DNA of 64,000 bases, from NCBI GenBank assembly GCA_963812015.1, contig CAWETI010000003.1, positions 1,504,001-1,568,000 on the forward strand, written 5' to 3'. Source of the DNA: an uncultured delta proteobacterium. Lineage in GTDB: Bacteria > Desulfobacterota > Desulfobaccia > Desulfobaccales > 0-14-0-80-60-11. Of this stretch, positions 17,791 to 28,388 are shown in pieces. The translations under genes and the position numbers were made by a program. The first letter of the stretch is position 1, and every line of letters begins with the position of its first letter. The notes under the pieces were generated by a model. The model searched no databases and had not been told where the DNA came from. It worked only from the letters and a program-made list of their open reading frames with translations.

Positions 17791-18611
17791 CTGCCATGCA
17801 AATGAATCTGCCTAGAGGCACCATTTTTATCGTCGCAGCGGTGGCGGCAGGATTAGTAGCCACCTTTGCCATCCACCGATACGTGACCGTGAAGACCACG
17901 GTTCCGGTAGCGGCAACCCGCCAGGTCATCATTGCGGCCGGAGACATTTCTCCGGGCACGGCCATCTCCGGAGCGCAGGTCAAAGTCGTTTCCTGGCCCC
18001 AGGAAGTGATTCCCCCCAAATCCGCCTCCTCCACGCCAGAAGTTGAGGGCCGGGTGGTCATGGTGCCTATTCCTCAGGGCAACCCCATTCTCTTTTCCAT
18101 GCTGGCCCCGGAGGGCACGGCCGCCGGCTTGAGTGGCATCTTGACGGACGGAAAGCGGGCCCTCACCGTCAAAGTGGATGAAGTCGCCGGCGTGGCCGGC
18201 TTCATCCACCCCGGAGACCATGTGGATGTGCTGGTGGATCTGCAACTTGCCGAGGGAAACGAACACTTTTCCAAGACCATCCTGCACGATATCCTGATTT
18301 TGACCGCCGGGCAGATTTGGGAGCAAAAGGGCGACAGCAAACCCGTGGTGGTCAATACCGTCACCCTGGAGGTGACCCCGGAAGAGTCCGAGGTGCTCAA
18401 TCTGGCCAGCAACGAAGGCAAGATCCGGCTGGCCCTCAGAAACCGCAACAATAAGACCATCGCCCAAACTCCCGGCGTGACCACCTCATCTCTTACCGGT
18501 GGCGGTGGCGTCAAGAAACAGGAAAAAGAAAAGGTTGTCGTCCAACCTGTCCGGGCCGAGCGAAGCGTGGAGGTTATCAAGGGCTTGGACCGGACGGAGG
18601 CCAAGCTTTAG
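17787..18611 (+). CDS. cpaB: Flp pilus assembly protein CpaB/RcpC
   Basis: SAF-like domain, GKRALTVKV, GVAGFIHPGDHVDV, VTLEVTPEE. Confidence 0.9.
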   Translation: MTAMQMNLPRGTIFIVAAVAAGLVATFAIHRYVTVKTTVPVAATRQVIIAAGDISPGTAISGAQVKVVSWPQEVIPPKSASSTPEVEGRVVMVPIPQGNPILFSMLAPEGTAAGLSGILTDGKRALTVKVDEVAGVAGFIHPGDHVDVLVDLQLAEGNEHFSKTILHDILILTAGQIWEQKGDSKPVVVNTVTLEVTPEESEVLNLASNEGKIRLALRNRNNKTIAQTPGVTTSSLTGGGGVKKQEKEKVVVQPVRAERSVEVIKGLDRTEAKL

Positions 18612-18705
18612 CAGGTAAGGGCGTCAGTGCCCGGCCCAGCCTGGGTGGCAACAGGTGTAATGTTCGGATGAATTAACCTAAGGTGTACGAGGAGGGATTA
18701 AGGAA

Positions 18706-20214
18706 ATGAGAACGATATCCAGTTTCATCAGAAAAACCGAAGGAGCGACGGCAGTTGTCATTGCCATCGGCATATTTACGTTCCTCGGGTTGGCAAGTCT
18801 GGCCATCGATGTGGGCCATCTCTACACCGTCCGCAATCAGCTGCAAAACTCGGCGGATGCGGTAGCCCTGGCTGGGGTTGAACAGCTGATCCAAGCAGAC
18901 TCAAACGGCGATGCCGTCGTAAATTCCACCCAGGCAACCGCGGCGGCTATGCAGGTGGCTCAGTCCCAGAGTCAACTGGATGGGTTGCCCACAGTGACGA
19001 ATGCGGCCCGCAATGATCTGACCTTAAATTTCGGCGTCTGGAATATCTATGCCGGCAACCCTAACACGGCCTGGACCCTGATCGGCCCCACCTGTACCAG
19101 CACCTCCAACGCCAATGCGCTGCAGGTCACCCTCACCCGAAACGCGGGAACGGTATTCGGCCCGGTGACCAACTTTTTTGCCCAGATCTTTGGCCTATCC
19201 AACTCGACCGTATCGGCCACCGCCACCGCCTATTTAGGCTATACCAATCAGGTGCAAACCGGCGCCATCCAGGTGCCCCTGGCCCTGCCAAGCACCGGGA
19301 CGGGCAGTCCTCTTGCCTCCAACGGCGACTCCGGCTGGTTTGCCCGTCTTTTCGGACCCAACCAGGCCGCGGCCACCACCACCAAGACGCTTATTTTTAA
19401 GGACACCGGCGGCGCCAAGGTCCCTACTACGGTGCCCACCAGTCCGGTCGCTAATCTCGACCCAAATCAAGGGTATTTTTATACCGTCAACTCCACTGAC
19501 ACGGTGCCCACTACCATCACGAACACCCTGGCAAAGATCTATACTCCCAGTTTAACTGCGCAAACTAATATTCCGGTGCTGGTGGGCGCCTTGACGGTGA
19601 ACCAGCAAGTCTATCCCCGCAGCGAGTATCCTTGGGGCGGCAGCTATATGGGGGCCATCTTCCAGAACTTGCAGAAGGCCTATTATTACAAGACCACCGG
19701 CAGCGCCACCACGGCGCCCGCCGCCGGCACCGCCTGGCATACCACTTTAGTGGTTCACACCCCCACGAGCACGGCTCCTCTGGCCCGGAAAGGGGGTTTC
19801 ATGTCCCTGGCCCGGCTGTTGGCCCCCTTCTGGGCATCGGAGGCCTACGCCTGTTCTACCCTAACCACTCCGACCATCAAGGTTGCCTCCGTTGTCAACG
19901 TGGCTATCACCGGCGTCACTTACAACAATACCTCCAGTGGCGATGGCACCAGTTATACTTTCCCTAAAACCATTGCTACTCCGGCGCCAGCCTCAGGCAC
20001 TACAACGTATACTAGCCTGAAGGACTACTTGACTCGTTATCCCAACAGCACCTGGAACCTCAACAGCGTGACCATCCAGAGTGTGACGGATACCGCCACC
20101 GTATCGCCTGCTGGTAGCGTTTCCGGAGGACCAGCAAATAACACAATCAATACAGGCGCCCCTGCCAATGTGGGGTCATTTGCCCGCACCGGCAAGTTGG
20201 TGAAGAATTGGTAG
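18706..20214 (+). CDS. tadG: TadG-like pilus tip/adhesin protein, Thr-rich
   Basis: EG|ATAV, LAIDVGHLY..RNQLQNSADAVALAG, V.NFFAQIFG...VSATATA motifs. Confidence 0.8.
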   Translation: MRTISSFIRKTEGATAVVIAIGIFTFLGLASLAIDVGHLYTVRNQLQNSADAVALAGVEQLIQADSNGDAVVNSTQATAAAMQVAQSQSQLDGLPTVTNAARNDLTLNFGVWNIYAGNPNTAWTLIGPTCTSTSNANALQVTLTRNAGTVFGPVTNFFAQIFGLSNSTVSATATAYLGYTNQVQTGAIQVPLALPSTGTGSPLASNGDSGWFARLFGPNQAAATTTKTLIFKDTGGAKVPTTVPTSPVANLDPNQGYFYTVNSTDTVPTTITNTLAKIYTPSLTAQTNIPVLVGALTVNQQVYPRSEYPWGGSYMGAIFQNLQKAYYYKTTGSATTAPAAGTAWHTTLVVHTPTSTAPLARKGGFMSLARLLAPFWASEAYACSTLTTPTIKVASVVNVAITGVTYNNTSSGDGTSYTFPKTIATPAPASGTTTYTSLKDYLTRYPNSTWNLNSVTIQSVTDTATVSPAGSVSGGPANNTINTGAPANVGSFARTGKLVKNW

Positions 20215-20276
20215 GACCGAACTAAAAACGGGTAAGCTGAGGATGAGAACAGGAATATATCGGCACCGGGGGGGAT

Positions 20277-21734
20277 ATGAAAGGGGAAAAAGCAACTTCA
20301 TTCCTGGGCACAATCTGCATCGTGGCCCTGACCCTGTTCAGCTTCACCTATCCGGCCCTGGGGGGGGATCTGTTGGATCGGGTGAAGAACCAGGAGATCG
20401 CCCAGGTAGTGCGTCTGCAGGTGGGGCACTCCAAGGTGTTGAAGACGCCGTTCAGCCTCACCCGCATCTCGGTGGCCGACCCGGACGTCGCCGATCTCAT
20501 CCTGATTAACGAGCGGGAGATCTATGTCAACGGTCTGGCCCCGGGGGTGACGAATATCACCATGTGGGGCAAGTCCCGCTTCACCTCCGCCACAGTCACG
20601 GTGGAGGCCGACCTGACCCTGTTGAAGGAGAAGCTCCACCAGATCCTGCCCAAGGAAAAGATCGGGGCCGAGGCCGCGGGTGAGTCCATCGTCCTGTCCG
20701 GGGAAGTTTCCGGGCCGGTGGCCCAGGACACCGCCCTGTCTCTGGCCATGCCTTATGCCGGCGGCAAGAAGGAAAAGGTGGTGAACCTGATGCACGTGGG
20801 CGGGGTGCAGCAGGTGATGCTGGAGGTCCGGGTGGCGGAGATCAACCGGGTGATCGCCGAGCAGATCGGGGTCAACTTCAACGCGGTGGCCCCCGGCGGC
20901 AATTTCGGCGTCAACCAGATCAACAGCCTGGCCCCCATCAGCAATCTGGTGCGCACCTTCACCGGGACCGCCGCCGCCCCGGGCACCACCTTCTCCCAGG
21001 GCCCCGGCAGCCTCATCACGGCCATGGGGGGCTGGACCGCGGCCGGCACCCTGTGGACCGTGTTTTTGGACCTCCTGAAGCAGCAGAACCTGGGCCGGGT
21101 GCTGGCGGAACCCAATCTGGTGACCACCAGCGGCCAGAAGGCCTCCTTCATCGCGGGGGGTGAGTTTCCCGTGCCGGTGCCCCAGAGCGGCATCGGCGGG
21201 GCGGCCACCATCACCATCGACTGGAAGAAGTTCGGGGTCCAGCTGGATTTCACCCCCGTGGTGCTGAACGACAGCAAGATCGCGGTGAAGGTGCATCCCA
21301 TCGTCAGCGAGCTGGATTATACCCTGGGGATTCAGTTGCAGGGCTTTACGGTGCCGGGGCTGACCACCCGGGAGATGGACACCCACATAGAGGTGCAAGA
21401 CGGCCAGACCTTCTCCATCGCCGGGCTGTTGTCGGACTATACCCGGAATGTCATCAACAAGTTTCCGGTGCTGGGGGATATCCCGGTCCTGGGGGTCCTG
21501 TTCCGCTCCACCAACTACCAGAAGAATGAAACGGAGTTGGTGGCCCTGGTGACCCCCCACCTGGTGAAGCCCATGGCGCCGGGGGCGGCCCGGTTGCCCA
21601 CGGATAAGTGGATCGATCCCAGTGAGGTTGACACCTACCTGCTGGGGCTGGAGCAGGGGCGGCAGAAGCCGGCCCCGCCCCCGGCGCCTGCGGCGTCGCT
21701 GCCGCCGGGATTCGGCCACCAGTCCCTGAATTAG
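20277..21734 (+). CDS. cpaC: Tad secretin CpaC/RcpA
   Basis: QQVMLEVRVAE, LAEPNL..SG..ASFIAGGEFPVP, PVLGDIPVLGVLFRS, ETELVALVTP. Confidence 0.93.
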   Translation: MKGEKATSFLGTICIVALTLFSFTYPALGGDLLDRVKNQEIAQVVRLQVGHSKVLKTPFSLTRISVADPDVADLILINEREIYVNGLAPGVTNITMWGKSRFTSATVTVEADLTLLKEKLHQILPKEKIGAEAAGESIVLSGEVSGPVAQDTALSLAMPYAGGKKEKVVNLMHVGGVQQVMLEVRVAEINRVIAEQIGVNFNAVAPGGNFGVNQINSLAPISNLVRTFTGTAAAPGTTFSQGPGSLITAMGGWTAAGTLWTVFLDLLKQQNLGRVLAEPNLVTTSGQKASFIAGGEFPVPVPQSGIGGAATITIDWKKFGVQLDFTPVVLNDSKIAVKVHPIVSELDYTLGIQLQGFTVPGLTTREMDTHIEVQDGQTFSIAGLLSDYTRNVINKFPVLGDIPVLGVLFRSTNYQKNETELVALVTPHLVKPMAPGAARLPTDKWIDPSEVDTYLLGLEQGRQKPAPPPAPAASLPPGFGHQSLN

Positions 21735-21758
21735 GCGCCCGGCGCCGGAGAGAGAGCC

Positions 21759-22049
21759 ATGTTCAACCGTAAGACTGACATCCCCAAGACCTGGAGGCGC
21801 CTGGCGCTGTTGGGGATAGCGCTGCTGCTGCTGGCCGGGTGCTACCCGCCCAGCGCCGTGGAGATGGATTACGGCAATTCGGTGCGGAACAACATCGCTC
21901 AGCAAGTGGTGAACCCCCAGGCCGGCTTCGACCCGAAGCCCGCGGTGGGGCTGTCGCCCCAGGCCGCGGCCAACGAACTCGAGAAATACGACAAGAGCTT
22001 TAAGGGCGAAGATAAGAAGGCCCTGGAAATGAAGCTGTTAAATCAATGA
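21759..22049 (+). CDS. Tad-associated small lipoprotein (pilotin-like)
   Basis: Lipobox LAGC; YGNSVRNNIAQQVVNP motif; directly downstream of the secretin. Confidence 0.7.
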   Translation: MFNRKTDIPKTWRRLALLGIALLLLAGCYPPSAVEMDYGNSVRNNIAQQVVNPQAGFDPKPAVGLSPQAAANELEKYDKSFKGEDKKALEMKLLNQ

Positions 22050-22083
22050 GCTGCACGAGCCGCAACAACAGGGGGACCGAGGC

Positions 22084-23280
22084 GTGAATCTTGACCAGCT
22101 AACCATTTCAGTGCTCTTTGGGACCGGGGTCCAGCGTCCGGAAATTCGGGCAGTCCTGGACAAGCTCCCGCAACTGAAGGTTGTGGACCAAACCTCCAAT
22201 CCCCAGAGCTTCACCAGTCAGCATCATGATAGTGCTCCCGATGTGGTCCTGGTGGAAATGAATGGGGAGAGTCAAGTTCCCGAGTGGCTGGCGAATCTCC
22301 CCCAGGAGATGCCTAACACTCAGGTCTTGGTTTGTTCCTATAACCGGGAGCCGGATTTTTTGATCCGGGCCATGCAAGTGGGAATTCGGGAATTTTTACC
22401 CCTCCCCCTGGTGCAATCGGAACTGGAAGCCGCCCTGAAACGGGTGTCGGGGGCCCAAAGGCGGCTCCAGCCCGTCACAAATGACCGACAGGGACGGATC
22501 ATCGTGGTTACCGGCCACAAGGGCGGGGTGGGGAGTACCACGGTCGCAGTCAACCTGGCGGAGGCCCTGGCAGAAGGGTCCAGCGAAAGGTTGGCCCTGG
22601 TAGACCTGGGGCGGCCGTTCCCCGATGTGGGCACCTTCCTGGATCATGAATCGGATTATTCCATCGTAGACCTGATGCAGAATGTGGCCACCCTGGATAG
22701 CGCTTATATCCAGAGGATCATGCAGCCTTATGGCACCAAATTGTCAGTTTTGCACGGGGTCTCAGACTTCAGGGACCAGGAAAATTTTGATCTGGAGAGC
22801 CTGGAACGGATCTTTGGCATCTTGCGGCAAATGTATAAATTTATCGTGGTGGATCTCAGTCATTGGTTGGACGAAATCTTCCTAAAGGTGCTGATTGATG
22901 CCGATCTCGTGGTGATGCTCACCGGGTTTACTATTCCGGATCTACGGAACTTGAAAAAACTCTGGCCCCATATCAGAGAGTGGCAGCAGGACCAGCGAAA
23001 AATCAAGATCGTGGTGAACCGGTATGATAACAGCAGTGGCTTGCAATTGCGGGACCTGGAACACATCCTGAAGCAGCCCGCCTTCTTTACCTTACCCAAC
23101 GACTATTCGGCCATGATGCAATGCCTGAACCAGGGGAGCGGCCTGAGCAGTGCCGCGCCGCGCTCCAAGCTCTGGCGGAGCATCAAAGAAATGGCATCTC
23201 AAATTTTAATGGAAATCAGCGCCGATGAGTACGGGGATGAGGTTGCGGCCACAACCCGGAAACGGTTCTGGATATTTTAA
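22084..23280 (+). CDS. cpaE: CpaE/TadZ (receiver-like domain plus ParA/MinD-like ATPase)
   Basis: RAMQVGIREFL and deviant Walker A GHKGGVGSTT. Confidence 0.88.
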   Translation: MNLDQLTISVLFGTGVQRPEIRAVLDKLPQLKVVDQTSNPQSFTSQHHDSAPDVVLVEMNGESQVPEWLANLPQEMPNTQVLVCSYNREPDFLIRAMQVGIREFLPLPLVQSELEAALKRVSGAQRRLQPVTNDRQGRIIVVTGHKGGVGSTTVAVNLAEALAEGSSERLALVDLGRPFPDVGTFLDHESDYSIVDLMQNVATLDSAYIQRIMQPYGTKLSVLHGVSDFRDQENFDLESLERIFGILRQMYKFIVVDLSHWLDEIFLKVLIDADLVVMLTGFTIPDLRNLKKLWPHIREWQQDQRKIKIVVNRYDNSSGLQLRDLEHILKQPAFFTLPNDYSAMMQCLNQGSGLSSAAPRSKLWRSIKEMASQILMEISADEYGDEVAATTRKRFWIF

Positions 23281-23293
23281 AAGGGGCATCTAA

Positions 23294-24700
23294 GTGAGTT
23301 GGCTGGAATATAACAAAAAAATAAAAAAGCCCTTGAAGGGGCCTAAACCCGCCCCCCAGGAGCCCCAGGCGCCCCAGGCGCTCGTGGTCGTGCCGCCGCG
23401 GCCAGATGACGGGCGCGAAAACCGTCTCTATGAAGTCAAAAGACGGATTCATCATCTTCTGTTAGAGCGGTTGGACCTCAGCCAGTTAGAGGAACTGGAT
23501 GAGAAAACCAGGGCCGCAGAAATCCGGCAGGCCTTGGGCCTGCTTCTCAATGAAGAAAAAGAACCCCTGAATATGAGGGAGAGGGCTCGGTTAGCCCGGG
23601 AGATGGAATTCGAAATCCTGGGCTTGGGACCTCTGGAACCTCTGCTGTTGGACCCCGCCATTTCAGATATTCTGGTCAACCGTTTTAATCAGGTTTACAT
23701 CGAACGAAAAGGCCGTCTGGAACTGACGGACGTGCGTTTTCAGGATAATGAGCATCTCTTAAAGATCATCAATAAGATAGTCAGCAACGTGGGCCGTCGG
23801 ATAGACGAATCCGTCCCCATGGTTGATGCCCGGTTGCCGGATGGCTCCCGGGTCAACGCCATTATTTCTCCTCTGGCCCTCGATGGGCCCATGCTTTCCA
23901 TCCGCCGGTTTTCGGTACAACGTCCCAGCCTGGAAGACCTCATCGAAAAAGGCAGCCTAACCGCAGAGATCGCCGAAGTCATCAAGGCCATCGCGGTGGG
24001 CCGATTGAATATTCTTATCTCCGGAGGTACGGGGGCCGGCAAAACCACCCTGCTCAATATCCTCTCGGGTTACATCCCCCCCACCGAGCGCATCATCACG
24101 ATCGAGGATTCCGCCGAACTGCAATTGCAGCAGGAGCACGTCTGCCGGCTGGAAACGCGACCCCCCAACATCGAGGGCAAGGGGGAGGTAACCCAGCGAG
24201 AATTGGTGCGGAACTGCTTGAGAATGAGGCCGGATCGGGTCATCGTGGGTGAAGTCCGGGGCGCTGAAGTCATTGACATGCTTCAGGCCATGAATACCGG
24301 GCATGAAGGGTCCATGACCACCGTCCACGCCAACACGGCCCGAGATGCACTGCTGCGCCTGGAAACCATGATTTCCCTTTCCGGAGTCACCATCCAGGAA
24401 AAGGCCATGCGGCAAATGATTAGTTCTTCTCTAGATATAGTCATTCAATTGGTCAGGCACAGTGATGGGGTCAGACGCATGATTGCTCTTGCCGAAATAA
24501 CCGGGATGGAGAGCGGCGTCATCAGTATGCAGGATATTTTTGTGTTTGAGCGGCATGGGATTGATGAACAAGGCAGAGTCTTGGGGCGGTTTGCCCCCAC
24601 CGGGGTGCGGCCCCGCTTCGTCGAGCGCTGCCGGCTCTTTGGCGTACCTTTGCCAGATGGCATTTTTATGCCGCCGGAGCGACCCTTTAAAGTTAAATAG
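23294..24700 (+). CDS. cpaF: Pilus assembly ATPase CpaF/TadA
   Basis: [41 protein letters not shown]. Confidence 0.95.
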   Translation: MSWLEYNKKIKKPLKGPKPAPQEPQAPQALVVVPPRPDDGRENRLYEVKRRIHHLLLERLDLSQLEELDEKTRAAEIRQALGLLLNEEKEPLNMRERARLAREMEFEILGLGPLEPLLLDPAISDILVNRFNQVYIERKGRLELTDVRFQDNEHLLKIINKIVSNVGRRIDESVPMVDARLPDGSRVNAIISPLALDGPMLSIRRFSVQRPSLEDLIEKGSLTAEIAEVIKAIAVGRLNILISGGTGAGKTTLLNILSGYIPPTERIITIEDSAELQLQQEHVCRLETRPPNIEGKGEVTQRELVRNCLRMRPDRVIVGEVRGAEVIDMLQAMNTGHEGSMTTVHANTARDALLRLETMISLSGVTIQEKAMRQMISSSLDIVIQLVRHSDGVRRMIALAEITGMESGVISMQDIFVFERHGIDEQGRVLGRFAPTGVRPRFVERCRLFGVPLPDGIFMPPERPFKVK

Positions 24701-24729
24701 GCTATGCGTCCCGGGGGGAGACGAAAAAT

Positions 24730-25734
24730 ATGGATTTCCCGAAAAGCTACGATCTGGCCGGCATGGACCTCCCTTATGCACTGGGTCTGGTGGGGATCTT
24801 TGTAGGGGTGTGTCTTTTAATCACCGGCATTAATTATTATGTGTTGGAGCCCATCCGCCAGCGACACCTCATCAATCAGCGCATCAGGGGGAACAAACGG
24901 GAACAACAAGTTCGAGCCCAGGTTTTTAAGTCCTTTCAGGAGGCCACGCACAGCCCAGTCTTGAACCTGGCCGAGCGCTTATTCGGCTGGGGCAAGGTGG
25001 ATAATCTCCAACGCCATTTGTTCCAGGGGGATATTTACCTGTCTCCCCATGCCTTTATCAGTATCGTCATAATCCTCGCAGTCTTGGGTTTTATGATCGG
25101 CTGGTTGGCGGGAGCTCTCATGTGGTCCCTGGGGTTATCTCTGGCGCTGGGCATGCTTCCCATAATTTTCCTGCGGTGGAAGCGGAACCGGAAGACCTTG
25201 CAGATCGAGCGATACATGCCCGACGCCATGGAGTTGCTGGCCAGGTCTCTCAGGGCCGGCCATACCTTGTCGGGCACCCTGGAACTGGCGGGGCAGGAGG
25301 TTCCCAAACCCCTGGGGACCGAGATGCGCATAACTTACGAAGAACAGCGCCTGGGCTTGAGCATGGGGCAGGCTTTCCGACGCATGGGGGAACGGGTTGC
25401 CAGCCGGGATCTGCAGTTTTTTATCACCGCAGTATTAATCCAGGCGGAAACCGGGGGAAATCTGTCGGAAATTCTCGACAATATTGGGACCATTATCCGG
25501 GACCGTCTCAAGTTGAAGGGGAAAGTGCAGAGCCTTACCGCCGAGGGACGTTTCTCGGCATTGATTTTGAGCCTCTTACCGTTTGCCACCTTCATCGTCT
25601 TTTATTTCATGAACCGCGAATATGTCATGACGTTGTTCAAAGACCCTATGGGGCTCAATTTATTGACCGGCGCCATCATCAGTATCAGCATCGGGATCCT
25701 GGTCATGAAAAAAATGGTAAAATTGGACGTCTAG
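24730..25734 (+). CDS. tadB: TadB platform protein (T2SSF family)
   Basis: LARSLRAGH, ETGGNLSEIL, LTAEGRFSA. Confidence 0.92.
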   Translation: MDFPKSYDLAGMDLPYALGLVGIFVGVCLLITGINYYVLEPIRQRHLINQRIRGNKREQQVRAQVFKSFQEATHSPVLNLAERLFGWGKVDNLQRHLFQGDIYLSPHAFISIVIILAVLGFMIGWLAGALMWSLGLSLALGMLPIIFLRWKRNRKTLQIERYMPDAMELLARSLRAGHTLSGTLELAGQEVPKPLGTEMRITYEEQRLGLSMGQAFRRMGERVASRDLQFFITAVLIQAETGGNLSEILDNIGTIIRDRLKLKGKVQSLTAEGRFSALILSLLPFATFIVFYFMNREYVMTLFKDPMGLNLLTGAIISISIGILVMKKMVKLDV

Positions 25735-25745
25735 AGGAGGAGAGG

Positions 25746-26675
25746 ATGACAGGACTTGTCTGGGTCATAGCTCTGGCTACTTTTGCCACGGTTGCTTTCC
25801 TGACTTACGGCTTCCTCAGCTATTTAAACAATCGGAAGTTGGTGCGGGACCGCTTCAGAACGGGTTCAACCAGCACGATGTCATTAGTTTACCGGGACGA
25901 AGGGAGTAACTTTAAAAAACAATTTTTGGACTGGGTGTCATCGCTTGGCACCTTTGCCGGAGATGCCAAAGAAGATACCTCCAAGCTTCGCCTGTCTTTG
26001 ATCCAGGCGGGGTATCGCCATCCCAAAGCGACGACCATTTTTTTCGGGCTCCGAGTTTTATTAGCTGGGCTGCTGCCGCTGATTTATCTGCTGGCCAATG
26101 TGATGAGCGGAGTATTGACCAGAGGTAATCTCATGTTTTGCTTCATGATAGCCGGGGCAGGATTCTATGGTTTGCCCTATGGGTTGAAGATCATTATCAA
26201 CCGTCGCCAAGATCGCTTGGATAAAGCCCTTCCGGATGTTTTAGACCTGCTCATCGTCTGCATGGAGGCAGGCCTATCCCTCCAAGGTACCATCAATCGC
26301 GTGTCAGATGAAGTGATGAGCATCTCCAAAGATCTGTATAAAGAATTACAGCTTACCAATGCCGAGTTGCGCACCGGGATCAACCGCGAGGTGGCGCTGA
26401 GAAATCTGGGCGAGCGTACCGGGGTGCAAAATGTCAAAGCCCTGGTGGGGCTGATGATCCAATCGGATAAAATGGGCGCCAGTATCGTCCAATCCCTGCG
26501 TACCCACGCCGATTTTCTCCGGGTCCAGCGATCTCAGAGGGCTGAAGAAAGGGCCGCCAAATTGCCGGTAAAGATCTTGTTCCCCATGCTCCTGTTTATT
26601 TTCCCAGCCATCTTTGTGGTGGTCATAGGCCCCGCAGTCGTCCAGATGTCCCATAACTCCTTTTTTGGAAAATAA
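25746..26675 (+). CDS. tadC: TadC platform protein
   Basis: GAGGAG RBS before ATG 25746; LPDVLDLLIVCMEAGL, AEERAAKLPVKILFP. Confidence 0.92.
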   Translation: MTGLVWVIALATFATVAFLTYGFLSYLNNRKLVRDRFRTGSTSTMSLVYRDEGSNFKKQFLDWVSSLGTFAGDAKEDTSKLRLSLIQAGYRHPKATTIFFGLRVLLAGLLPLIYLLANVMSGVLTRGNLMFCFMIAGAGFYGLPYGLKIIINRRQDRLDKALPDVLDLLIVCMEAGLSLQGTINRVSDEVMSISKDLYKELQLTNAELRTGINREVALRNLGERTGVQNVKALVGLMIQSDKMGASIVQSLRTHADFLRVQRSQRAEERAAKLPVKILFPMLLFIFPAIFVVVIGPAVVQMSHNSFFGK

Positions 26676-26693
26676 ACTCGGAGGAACCAGGCG

Positions 26694-28196
26694 ATGTCTT
26701 CCCCAGGAGGGGCAAACGGTCCAGAACCCCGGCGGTTCGGAAGCGGCCTGAGTTGGGCTCTGATCTTGGCAACCTTGCTCGCGATGGGAATCGGGTGCGG
26801 GTTTCAGACCCCGGGCCTTAGCCGTGGGAATCAGTCAGACCAAAGTCTTCGGTGCGCGGCCGAGGAAACTCCCCGCTTGCTCCGCGCGGCACATTATTAT
26901 CAATTAATGGGCCGGCCTGAAGTGGCCTTAAAGGAACTGGAAGAAGCCCATCGCTTGGCCCCCGGCAATTTGAAAGTGGCCAATACTTTGGCCCAATTAT
27001 ATGATGAGTTGGGCATGGGGGCCCAGGCCCAGGAGATCTATCAAGAGGCGCTGCTCCTGGATCCGGGGAACCCGGTTCTGCTTAATAACTTGGGGTTTTC
27101 CTATTACTTAGGGGGTAACTGGAGCCAGGCCGAGAGGTATTTCCGCCAAGCCCTGGTCTGCCAACCCAACCATCAGGGCGCCCGCAATAACCTGGGGCTC
27201 CTGCTCTGTCGCCAGGGACACCGGCAGGAAGCTAGACAGTTGTGGCAAGAGGCCGAAGGCGAGGCCGCAACGCAAAAAATGGCCCAAGTGCTGGCGGCCC
27301 TGGGCCTGGCCGATGAACCCCTCTATGCCCAACAATCCCGCCCCCCTTCCGGGACGCAGGACCACCGGGCCTATGCTCCTGTAGACCGGCAGTTGGCGGC
27401 CAGTCCCGTGGGCGCAACCAAACCCCCGGAAAATTTGCCGGCCCCGCCACCGGCCGTTAAAGCGTCGGTTGAGCCTGACCTCCACCCTGCTGCGACTCTC
27501 CCTGAGGTCGCCCCGGCAAAATTGGCCGCCCTCCCGGCGAAGCCGAAAGGACTTGAATCCCCTTCCCGAACGGCTCCGGCTTCTCTGCCGGGTGGCGCCC
27601 GGGTGGCCGCGGCGTCACCGTTCCCCCACCCGGCCGCCTCCGGCTTGAGCCCCGGCGAGGGGTCGGCTCGGCCCGTCCCGGCTCGGATTGCCATGGCCGC
27701 GGCCCCGTCACGGCCGGTTCCGGATCCGGAAACCGCAACCCCGGAAAAGTCCCGGCCGGCAACTCCTCAGCCTGGGCCGGCCAGTCAACCTGTCCTCCAA
27801 CCGCCGATCTCAGAGACTTCTCACGAAAAACCCAGGGCCGACCGACCGAAGTACCTTACTGCCAGCGAACTGGCGGAAACCACTATCGCCATCCTCAACG
27901 GCAACGGGATTCATGATCTGGCCCATGAGACCCGGTCACGGCTCTCTCAGGAAGGCTTTAGCGTGGCGGCCATTGGTAATTTTAGGGATTTCGGGGTGGA
28001 CCGCACGGTTATCTATTACCGGCCCGACTCAAAAAGGGTGGCGACGGCCCTGAATAATAAATTCTTCCCCATGGCGGAAGTTGAGCCGGCGCCCCAGTTG
28101 GCTGGCAATGTCGACATCAAGGTAGTTTTGGGCCACGATCAGCTTCCCCAACAACGAGCTGCGGCCCCCAGGTCACAAGAAAACAAATCGCTTTAA
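26694..28196 (+). CDS. TadD-like TPR protein with Pro/Ala-rich linker and C-terminal LytR_C domain
   Basis: TPR motifs LNNLGFSYYL and ARNNLGL; ILNGNGI..LA......L...GF....GN and IKVVLG.D LytR_C signature. Confidence 0.75.
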   Translation: MSSPGGANGPEPRRFGSGLSWALILATLLAMGIGCGFQTPGLSRGNQSDQSLRCAAEETPRLLRAAHYYQLMGRPEVALKELEEAHRLAPGNLKVANTLAQLYDELGMGAQAQEIYQEALLLDPGNPVLLNNLGFSYYLGGNWSQAERYFRQALVCQPNHQGARNNLGLLLCRQGHRQEARQLWQEAEGEAATQKMAQVLAALGLADEPLYAQQSRPPSGTQDHRAYAPVDRQLAASPVGATKPPENLPAPPPAVKASVEPDLHPAATLPEVAPAKLAALPAKPKGLESPSRTAPASLPGGARVAAASPFPHPAASGLSPGEGSARPVPARIAMAAAPSRPVPDPETATPEKSRPATPQPGPASQPVLQPPISETSHEKPRADRPKYLTASELAETTIAILNGNGIHDLAHETRSRLSQEGFSVAAIGNFRDFGVDRTVIYYRPDSKRVATALNNKFFPMAEVEPAPQLAGNVDIKVVLGHDQLPQQRAAAPRSQENKSL

Positions 28197-28305
28197 AGGC
28201 CTGGCTGATCCCGGCTTACGGCCGCCCAGCCCGACAAGCGGGTTTTAGACGGCAATCGCCTAACCCCGCGCCGCGACTGCGGCGTCATGTTTTTGATAAA
28301 ATTAT

Positions 28306-28334
28306 TTGACCTTAATTCAAAATCTTGGTAATAA
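28306..28334 (+). promoter_or_regulatory. Putative sigma70 promoter
   Basis: TTGACC-17 nt-TAATAA upstream of the hybrid kinase. Confidence 0.45.
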
Positions 28335-28388
28335 TTTATACTAGTTACCATCTGAGGAATCGACGGGGAGAACAGGCGGGCAGCCAAC

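Noticed and set aside
20298..21905. 535-aa antisense ORF (similar long ones at 5848-7083, 9756-11027, 35250-36533, 42857-43810)
   Set aside because: Shadow ORFs opposite well-supported genes, expected from high-GC codon bias; no recognisable motifs
25122..25745. Long N-terminal extension of tadC in the ORF track
   Set aside because: Overlaps tadB in another frame; an RBS-supported ATG lies at 25746
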